A stretch of DNA of 37,616 nucleotides from a virus, in UHGV virus genome UHGV-0218797; one strand, given 5' to 3'. A model generated the notes under the pieces. It did not search any database and had not been told where the DNA came from. It saw only the letters and a list, made by a program, of their open reading frames with translations. A program made the position numbers and the translations under genes. Shown piece by piece: positions 17,515 to 24,478 of this stretch (position 1 is the first letter of the stretch; every line of letters begins with the position of its first letter).

Positions 17515-19233
17515 ATGAGATACAAAAATTTCAAAATAAAAAATTATAAGGCTATTTCCAAAGAACTTACGATTGATCTTTCTCCACGTCTTATTCCATT
17601 AATCGGAATCAATGAATGCGGTAAAACAACAATTTTACAAGCAATTTTCTGCTTTGACGAAGAAAACGATGACCTTTATGAAGGAAGCCACATCAGCAAT
17701 CGTTTTAATCTATATGAACCATCAGACAATGGCCCCACGGAAATAACTGCTGTTATTGAATGCACAAGGGAAGAACTTGATCTTGTGTATGAAGAAATGA
17801 AAGCTGACAGTGGATTAGAAATACAAGATGATTTCGTGGAAACAGACGGACAAATCACAATAACGAGAATACTTAACGGTAAATCTCACTATATATCTTC
17901 ATTAAACTTTTATGAGCCGTCGGAAGAAGAAGAGAAGCCTTATGATGAAGAAATAACATCAAATATATGTTCCTGCATTATTCAGAATTGTCCTGCCATT
18001 ATTTATAGTGATGACTTCAATGATCGCCCTCCATCATTCATTGACTTTAAAAGTAATTCCCAGTCAGGAAACTTTGAATGGAAAGAAATATTCAAAAGAA
18101 TAGCGAAAGAAGCTGGAGTAGAAGAGCCATTCAACAATATCTTTGAGGTTGACGAGCGAAGACAACAAACCGTATTGTCAAGGATTGCATCCCATATCAA
18201 CCAAAGAATAACAGATGAATGGTTGAGATTCTCTGAAAACGCAAAAGACCTATTTAAAATTGAATTGAGAGTCAAAAATACACCAACTGAGCAGGGAATA
18301 AAAATTCAGATTAATGATAGAGTGCAAGATAACGATAACTATTTTGATCTGAGTGATAGGAGTAAGGGATTTATATGGCATTACAACTTCATCATGAAAA
18401 CCCTTTTCAATTCTAAACCCTTTAAACAAGAAAGGGAAACAATATTTCTCTTAGATGAACCCGGATCGTATTTACATGTATCCGTTCAGGCTCTTTTATG
18501 TAAAAAATTAAAAGAAATATCAGAAAAAGAAGGTGTTGTAATCTACAGTACACACTCAAGTTCACTGCTTGATATTAAATACATCCCTTCAAACAACATT
18601 TTAATTGTAGATAAGGAAAGCAATACGAGTGCCATCCAAGCCATTCCAATTACAAAGAAAAAAACAGCTACTAGAAAATCCGATCATTTACAACCACTCT
18701 ACGAAGCTCTCAGAATACCCCACATTCAAACATCTGAAATAAAAAATCATCCGATTATTTGTGTAGAGGGAATCAGCGATTTGTATGCAATAAAATCATT
18801 CTGTGACCTTCCTGAAAACGCAGTCGTGATACCTGGAGCCAATGCTGCATCAATCGTTGACACTATACAACACCTCATTGCTTGGGGAGCTAACTATGTT
18901 GCTCTGTGGGACAATGACCGTGAAGGAGAAAAAGAATATGAAAGAGCTAAAAAAACTTTTGGTGAAGGAGAATCGCATAAATTTCTGCTTCTACCTGCTC
19001 CCTCCAAAACGGAAGGCAAGAGAAGAATGGAAGAAATGTTCTCTTCCCAAACAATCTCTTCCTTGAAAGACCTACTCGGAATGGAAAAAGATACCAGTTA
19101 TGAGGCTCTAATAAGAACACTCCATTTCATTGACCAAGAAAAGAAATCCCTTATCATTAAAAAATCCTTGGATACTCAAACAAAAAAAATATTTTCACTC
19201 CTATCGAGAAACATCAAAGAGGCCTTTAAATAA
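17515..19233 (+). CDS. OLD-family ATP-dependent nuclease (ABC ATPase plus Toprim), class 1.
   Basis: Walker A GINECGKTT at the N-terminus. Toprim motifs CVEGISD (E-G-x-x-D) and WDNDRE (DxD). Size is 572 aa, similar to P2 Old. No helicase partner. AT-rich. Confidence 0.7.
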   Translation: MRYKNFKIKNYKAISKELTIDLSPRLIPLIGINECGKTTILQAIFCFDEENDDLYEGSHISNRFNLYEPSDNGPTEITAVIECTREELDLVYEEMKADSGLEIQDDFVETDGQITITRILNGKSHYISSLNFYEPSEEEEKPYDEEITSNICSCIIQNCPAIIYSDDFNDRPPSFIDFKSNSQSGNFEWKEIFKRIAKEAGVEEPFNNIFEVDERRQQTVLSRIASHINQRITDEWLRFSENAKDLFKIELRVKNTPTEQGIKIQINDRVQDNDNYFDLSDRSKGFIWHYNFIMKTLFNSKPFKQERETIFLLDEPGSYLHVSVQALLCKKLKEISEKEGVVIYSTHSSSLLDIKYIPSNNILIVDKESNTSAIQAIPITKKKTATRKSDHLQPLYEALRIPHIQTSEIKNHPIICVEGISDLYAIKSFCDLPENAVVIPGANAASIVDTIQHLIAWGANYVALWDNDREGEKEYERAKKTFGEGESHKFLLLPAPSKTEGKRRMEEMFSSQTISSLKDLLGMEKDTSYEALIRTLHFIDQEKKSLIIKKSLDTQTKKIFSLLSRNIKEAFK

Positions 19234-19426
19234 ACCTAATGAAGTTTACATTATATTACTTGCTTCGCCCCTTGGCCTCCGGGCCAGGGGGCTTTTTCGT
19301 TACTGCTACCTAGAGTCGAGAAGGAAATATCTCCTAAAATGTTGGAAATAATCATTTCATAATGCCGTTGAAAGAGTTAAGCAAATTATTTACAACTCTC
19401 TATATTTCATGGTATTATGAATTTGT

Positions 19427-19717
19427 ATGAAACTATTCTCTCTCATTTTAGCTGTTATTTCCCTCACTTCATTCTCGGAGGCGCACCCTGGCGGCTTGGA
19501 CGCCAACGGCGGTCACTACAACCGCAAAACGGGGGAATACCACTACCACCGGAAACCAGCGACCAAAACAGCAGCGGAAGAAAAAACGTACTGGATCAGC
19601 TCAACGGGCAAGACCCATAACAAAAACTGCCGGTACTACCGGGCTTGCAAAGGGCGAGCCAGCGATACGCCCAGCGGTGTGAACTGCAAGATTTGTGGGG
19701 GATCGAAGAAACAATAA
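19427..19717 (+). CDS. Secreted YHYH-motif protein, 96 aa.
   Basis: Signal peptide MKLFSLILAVISLTSFSEA, followed by GGHYNRKTGEYHYH. Confidence 0.5.
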   Translation: MKLFSLILAVISLTSFSEAHPGGLDANGGHYNRKTGEYHYHRKPATKTAAEEKTYWISSTGKTHNKNCRYYRACKGRASDTPSGVNCKICGGSKKQ

Positions 19718-19752
19718 ATATTTATTTGAATAAGGAAAAATACAATAATATT

Positions 19753-20616
19753 ATGAAGATATACGTTTATACTGTTACAGAAGAAAATCATCTTCAACCA
19801 CTTAAAGACATTCTTCACTTGGTAAAAGAAGAATCCTTAATGGCCAGAAATCGTCCTTTTTTAGGAGATTTTATGCGACTCAATAATATAATATGGAATG
19901 AAGAAAAAAATCTATTTTTTATGGATTTTATTAGAGTAAGAATGAGTCACGGTCCCGCTATAGGGGGACTTCAACGGGAAATAGAGGGATTTAACTTCAA
20001 TGAGGATGAGGGTTTCTGTGAAGAGACAGCAGCTATTTATTCTCCTGAACATCACGTATGGGTTGATCAATATAATTTTGCTGGTATCAGAAGTAGTAAA
20101 ATGGCAAACTATCTTTCAGACTTTTATCCTAATCGTCATGCTACTTTCCGTTTTGAACCTATTTTAAATCATGACATTGAGCAAAAATTATTGAATAAAA
20201 CGCTTTTTACAAAAATCGATTTTAAAATGCGACCTCATGTCATTACTGAAGCAGATCGAGAAGAAAATATTTCTGTCCGAAGAGCAGTTGAAATGGCAGA
20301 AGAGAATGGTTCAGCTTATGTTAAAATCACCATAGGAGCAGAGAGATACCACAGTTTGGCGAATCGTGCTGCGTCTTCTCTAGCTCATTGGTTACTAAGA
20401 AAAAGTCAACAATCTGAATATGCTATTGATAGAGCATGTATTACTGGAAAAGATTCAGAACAAGATCCTTCAGAAACCCTAGATTTACTAAGAGCAAGAG
20501 AATATAAAGAATGCGAAATTACAACTGCCTCTGATAGACGCTTCCCACGTGATGACAGATGGAATGCGTTAGAACGATCATTCCATGAATGGAGACGAAA
20601 CGGATTATTCGAATGA
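19753..20616 (+). CDS. Unknown cytoplasmic 288-aa protein. Candidate sensor of a two-gene module (positionally RexA-like).
   Basis: Good AAGGA RBS. ATGA-coupled to the downstream 4-TM gene. No recognisable family. Contains a possible Rx6H (NRAASSLAH) motif. Confidence 0.5.
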   Translation: MKIYVYTVTEENHLQPLKDILHLVKEESLMARNRPFLGDFMRLNNIIWNEEKNLFFMDFIRVRMSHGPAIGGLQREIEGFNFNEDEGFCEETAAIYSPEHHVWVDQYNFAGIRSSKMANYLSDFYPNRHATFRFEPILNHDIEQKLLNKTLFTKIDFKMRPHVITEADREENISVRRAVEMAEENGSAYVKITIGAERYHSLANRAASSLAHWLLRKSQQSEYAIDRACITGKDSEQDPSETLDLLRAREYKECEITTASDRRFPRDDRWNALERSFHEWRRNGLFE

Positions 20617-21077
20617 ATACACTTTTTGCAGAACGATTCTGGCCTTTGGTAGCTGGCATTTTAGGCACAGTGCTTGGCATTGTTCTGTATAATTTCAATT
20701 ATGTTTTATATATATCATCAAGTATTCTATCTTCGGGAATTACAGTAGGTGCAATTTTCGCAGGATTTGATGTTACACACAAAACATTATTGATTACTCT
20801 TAACTCGAATAAAATTAAACAAATAGAAAACGTAAAAAGCTATTATAACTACCTTATTGGTTACATGAATGCCAATTTAAAAGGAGCTCTTATTTTTGTT
20901 ATTTATTCCTTTATACTGCTCCACATGATAGATAGTAACCAAATATTTAATTTGAAAGAGCATTGGTGGAAGCCTTTTGCCTTTGCCCTATGGTTAGGGT
21001 GCGGTACGTATATGTGTACAGCATTTTGGAGAATTAGTTCCATTTTTACAGTTCTTCTAAAGAAAAAATCTGTTTAA
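20613..21077 (+). CDS. 4-TM membrane protein, about 154 aa (positionally RexB-like).
   Basis: Four hydrophobic helices. Start codon overlaps the upstream stop (ATGA). The track start at 20589 is also possible. Confidence 0.5.
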   Translation: MNTLFAERFWPLVAGILGTVLGIVLYNFNYVLYISSSILSSGITVGAIFAGFDVTHKTLLITLNSNKIKQIENVKSYYNYLIGYMNANLKGALIFVIYSFILLHMIDSNQIFNLKEHWWKPFAFALWLGCGTYMCTAFWRISSIFTVLLKKKSV

Positions 21078-21365
21078 CCTCATTTGAAATACCAGACAGA
21101 AACTCTTAAAAATAAACGTCTTTATCTTTGATAAGCCCTAATATGTTAGCGTACCGATTTCATAATAATTCTCCTAAAAATCTCTTTTTACAGAACAAGA
21201 TGTTTCACAGCTTCAGCTATGGCTTCAGAATACGGATGTACGTACACCCGTCCAATCTCTTTGAAATATGCTCCAAAATCACTCAACAGAGGCTAATGAG
21301 CCTCCATCTTCAGGGAAAATCCGCCAGTAGGCGGACACATCTTCTGGGTTGCAAGCCGCAAATAA

Positions 21366-22442
21366 CTAAAAAGTGAGTTTTCTAGCCGCTTCCTTACTGT
21401 GTTCGTCCCGAAGGTGTCCATATACCTTCATAGCCAATGCTCCGCCGTCACGATGCCCCAGCCATTTAGCCACCGTAGGAATATCAATGCCTGCCTCAAT
21501 GCAGGACGTGGCGAAGAAATGCCGTAAATCGTGAATCCGGACGTGAGGCAGTCCAAGCCTGATACACGCGTTTGTAAGGGCCTTTCGGGGGCTTTCTATG
21601 GCAAATACCGGGTCATCTGGGCTATTCCCCCGCCTTTCTCTTCGGAGGCTTTCTATCACCTCCGCCAGAGATGCGTTAATGTACAGGGTCCGGCGTGAGG
21701 TGGCATGTTTGATATCAGGCACGGAAATGGACTCTTTCCCGATATCTCCCCACACCAAGCGCCGGACTTCCTCAATACGTAACCCTGAATAAGCCAGGAA
21801 AGCGATCATATCCGCCGCTTCGGAATATAGCCCCTTCTTTTGCCACTTCCTTAATATAGGGGCTTTTTTCACTTCCTCAACGATTCTTCGGAAATCTTCT
21901 TTTTCCGGAACGTTAAGATTTGAACTCCTCAAAGTCATCCGTTCAAGCTTGGCTGCTGGATTGCTCTTGATACTTCCTGCTTCCTGAAGCATGGAAAAAA
22001 TATTTTTCACAACAGCGAGTGTTCCGTTTGCTGTTCGTGCAGACACAGACAACGCATCTTTTTTCCACCAAGCCCGGCACATTTGTTCCGTGATGGCCTC
22101 TGCTGCAATATCACGAGCAACAAGCTTTTTAGCGCGGCTGGAAAAGAACTTGATGGATTCTACAGCGGCCGGCTTCAAATGGGGGCGCATTTCCTGCCGC
22201 TGGACGTACATATCAACCGCCAAATACCAAGACACGGATTCCACGGGTAATTCATCCCTCCCTTGCTCCGCCAGGAACCCGGCCAGCCTGGAAAGGGCTT
22301 CCGTCAACACGCGCGTTTTAAGAGATTTTTTCACCGTTTTTCTTCCGGTATCAATTCGGGCATAGAAAATTTCCGACTCTTTTGACCGATACAAGTTCGG
22401 ATAATCCGTCGCAACAAGGGTGTTTTTCATACTTCCAAGCAT
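21366..22442 (-). CDS. int: Tyrosine-type site-specific integrase.
   Basis: C-terminal HDLRHFFAT...LGH...Y provides the catalytic H-x-x-R and Y. Lies adjacent to the tRNA-derived att core. Confidence 0.9.
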   Translation of the reverse strand: MLGSMKNTLVATDYPNLYRSKESEIFYARIDTGRKTVKKSLKTRVLTEALSRLAGFLAEQGRDELPVESVSWYLAVDMYVQRQEMRPHLKPAAVESIKFFSSRAKKLVARDIAAEAITEQMCRAWWKKDALSVSARTANGTLAVVKNIFSMLQEAGSIKSNPAAKLERMTLRSSNLNVPEKEDFRRIVEEVKKAPILRKWQKKGLYSEAADMIAFLAYSGLRIEEVRRLVWGDIGKESISVPDIKHATSRRTLYINASLAEVIESLRRERRGNSPDDPVFAIESPRKALTNACIRLGLPHVRIHDLRHFFATSCIEAGIDIPTVAKWLGHRDGGALAMKVYGHLRDEHSKEAARKLTF

Positions 22443-22479
22443 GCCCTGCGGCCCTTAAACCGCAAGAATAATCTCTTTT

Positions 22480-22503
22480 TACGGACAACCATACGGACAA
22501 CCA
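22480..22503 (+). repeat. Tandem arm-type repeat, TACGGACAACCA x2.
   Basis: Exact 12-bp tandem duplication about 60 bp from the att core on the integrase side. Confidence 0.6.
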
Positions 22504-22510
22504 ACACAAA

Positions 22511-22553
22511 GACAAAAGAAAAGAAAACCCCGCAAACCTTTCAGTTTACGGGG
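22511..22553 (-). terminator. Rho-independent terminator downstream of the tRNA-derived core, minus strand.
   Basis: 10-bp stem CCCCGCAAAC / GTTTACGGGG with one mismatch and a 6-nt loop. On the minus strand it is followed by TTTTCTTTTCTTTT. Confidence 0.55.
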
Positions 22554-22560
22554 TTTATAA

Positions 22561-22610
22561 TGGCACGTCCAACTGGATTCGAACCAGTGACCCACTGCTT
22601 AGAAGGCACT
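22561..22610 (-). other. 3' 50 nt of tRNA-Arg(UCU), from the anticodon arm to CCA. Interpreted as the att core.
   Basis: The reverse complement reads AGTGC-CTTCTAA-GCAGT (anticodon loop with U33, anticodon TCT, A37), then GGGTC, then the T-arm ACTGG-TTCGAAT-CCAGT, then TGGACGT-G-CCA. No D-arm or 5' acceptor strand is present upstream. Confidence 0.6.
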
Positions 22611-22743
22611 TACGGACGTTAAACTTATTTTAACTTTTCTAGCATTTTCAATGGGTTATTTAATCCTCCCCCCTTTCATAATTGTCCGCACTTATCCGTA
22701 TTTGACCCTATTTAACCCCTTATACGGACAACCTACGGACAAC
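22611..22743. repeat. Arm-type repeat cluster on the far side of the core.
   Basis: TACGGACGTT (22611-22620). Inverted copies TGCGGACAAT and TACGGATAAG (reverse complements of 22681-22690 and 22691-22700). Direct tandem TACGGACAACC and TACGGACAACT (22723-22743). Confidence 0.55.
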
Positions 22744-22870
22744 TTGCAGTGCGTCACAGCTTCTTGCTCGTGTTCTCGGTAATTCTTTCCAGAAGGAAGA
22801 GTGCCAGAAAAAATCAGCCTTGTCTATTTTGGACTTGCAGAAAAATACTATCTGGAAATGATAAAAAGCA

Positions 22871-23401
22871 ATGGAACAGTATTACATTGCAACGGAGGAA
22901 GGACAGACGGAAGGGCCGTATTCCTTTGCATCACTAGAAACTTTCTACGCCGAAGGCAAGATAACACAAAAAAGCCTTGTTTGCATTGCTGGCGGTCAAG
23001 AGTGGGTGCAGTTTTGGACAATTTTAGAGCAAGAGCGGAAGAAAGAAGTTCAACCCTGTGAAGAACCTAAAAAACAAGCCTTGGAAAGACTGATGAATGA
23101 ATATGATCCCATTCCAAAGGAGCAGCCCAAGAAAGAGTTACAGAAGGATATTAAACCGTTGGAAATAACCGTTGAAGGCTTATTCCGTATTGCAGGTATT
23201 CTTGCTCTACTCGCTGGGGTTGTGCTGCTTTTTTCAACTGCAAAAGATCGGCAACCAGTCTTAGGCTTCATTTACCTACTTTCCGGAGCCTTCTCCTGCC
23301 TTGGATGCTTCTGGTGTGCCAAAGTCATTAAATTACTTTCTAATACCGTCGAGCTACTCACTACAATTTCCAAGAGAATGTATAATATTGACAAGGATTA
23401 A
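22871..23401 (+). CDS. DUF4339 (GYF-like) N-terminal domain protein with two C-terminal TM helices.
   Basis: YYIATEEGQTEGPYSFASLETFYAEGKITQKSLVCIAGGQEWVQF matches the DUF4339 pattern. Two hydrophobic helices follow. AT-rich. Confidence 0.55.
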   Translation: MEQYYIATEEGQTEGPYSFASLETFYAEGKITQKSLVCIAGGQEWVQFWTILEQERKKEVQPCEEPKKQALERLMNEYDPIPKEQPKKELQKDIKPLEITVEGLFRIAGILALLAGVVLLFSTAKDRQPVLGFIYLLSGAFSCLGCFWCAKVIKLLSNTVELLTTISKRMYNIDKD

Positions 23402-23622
23402 AACGTTCCTGCCCCTAATTAGGGGCTCTATGGTTAGAAGCATCTTAATTCTGGTGCGTTATAGCCAGAGAACGCTTATTCTCTCGAAAACGACTAAAAC
23501 CTTTGTATTTCCAGTTTTCTAAAGTTCTGCTGCTATATTCTTGCTATTCTCAACACCAACAACATTTCTGTGCCTCACATTTCTAGAGAACATTCTATGT
23601 ATGAAATATCATACATTATTTT

Positions 23623-24369
23623 ATGAAAGAGATACTTACTATAGGAGAACAATTACTAAGAACAACTGTCTTAATTAATATTAAAAATAAAGATTCCTTA
23701 ACATCTGGAACAGGTTTTTTATTTTACTCTCATAAAAATATATTTTTGGTAACGAATAGACATGTTGTTGAAGATTCAAAAGAAATAGAATTGAAATTTT
23801 ATGGTCAAGATGATTTTCTTGTTATAAAAAATAATTTTATAACAAGTTTGCAGTATGATATAGCTATTTGTATATTGAACGATATTCCTTCCTCTGCAAA
23901 AACATTAACTCCAAATCAAATTCCAAATCGGAAGCAAGTGGAGAATTTTGATGCCATTGAAGATATTCTGTTCATTGGTTATCCTACAGGAATATACGAT
24001 ACATACAATAACTCCCCTATTGCACGAAAAGGTATAACTGCTACACCTATTTCGTTAAATTATGAGGGAAAGTATCAATTTCTCATTGATGCTTCCATCT
24101 TTCCAGGAAGTAGCGGAAGTCCTGTTTTTCTTATTAAATATTTAAAATCTACCAGCAAAAAAATTATACAAGTTTTTTTATTGGGCATTATAACTGAAGG
24201 ATATAGTTATGGAAATTCTATAAAAAACAGCTTTTCTCCTCCACCTATCCCTATCATAATATCTAAACAGATGATTAACCTTGGACTCGTCATTAAATCT
24301 AGTGAACTCATCAAGCTTATCAATGATAGTAGAAATCCCTACTCTGTTAGAAAGGTTGACTATCAATGA
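23623..24369 (+). CDS. Cytoplasmic trypsin-like (S1/Trypsin_2) serine protease.
   Basis: Catalytic triad context TNRHVV (His), YDIAIC (Asp) and PGSSGSPVF (Ser). No signal peptide. AT-rich. Confidence 0.65.
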   Translation: MKEILTIGEQLLRTTVLINIKNKDSLTSGTGFLFYSHKNIFLVTNRHVVEDSKEIELKFYGQDDFLVIKNNFITSLQYDIAICILNDIPSSAKTLTPNQIPNRKQVENFDAIEDILFIGYPTGIYDTYNNSPIARKGITATPISLNYEGKYQFLIDASIFPGSSGSPVFLIKYLKSTSKKIIQVFLLGIITEGYSYGNSIKNSFSPPPIPIIISKQMINLGLVIKSSELIKLINDSRNPYSVRKVDYQ

Positions 24370-24478
24370 CTATTTTCAAACAAAAGATTCGAATATTATA
24401 TACAAAAAATAGTTTTCATATTGTTCCTTCTACTTTTCAACAAGATATAAAATATATTTTTTAATCCTTTGAAGAAAT

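Noticed and set aside
21321-21336. Hairpin TCCGCC-agta-GGCGGA downstream of the integrase.
   Set aside because: Short stem with a weak T-run (ATTTTCCC on the minus strand). Too weak to call as a terminator.
22561-22620. Possible complete tRNA gene.
   Set aside because: Only the anticodon arm, variable loop, T-arm and 3' acceptor strand are present (50 nt). No D-arm or 5' acceptor strand can be formed from the upstream sequence, so it is an att core fragment and not a functional tRNA.
22480-22743. Repeated 10-12-bp units that could suggest a CRISPR-like array.
   Set aside because: The copies are irregularly spaced, in mixed orientation, number only about seven and flank a tRNA-derived core beside an integrase. 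They are arm-type recombinase sites, not a CRISPR array.
23411-23426. Palindrome GCCCCTAATTAGGGGC after the DUF4339 gene.
   Set aside because: It could be a weak terminator or a protein-binding site, but there is no T-tract and only 5-bp arms. It is noted under the cargo-pair finding and not called as a feature.
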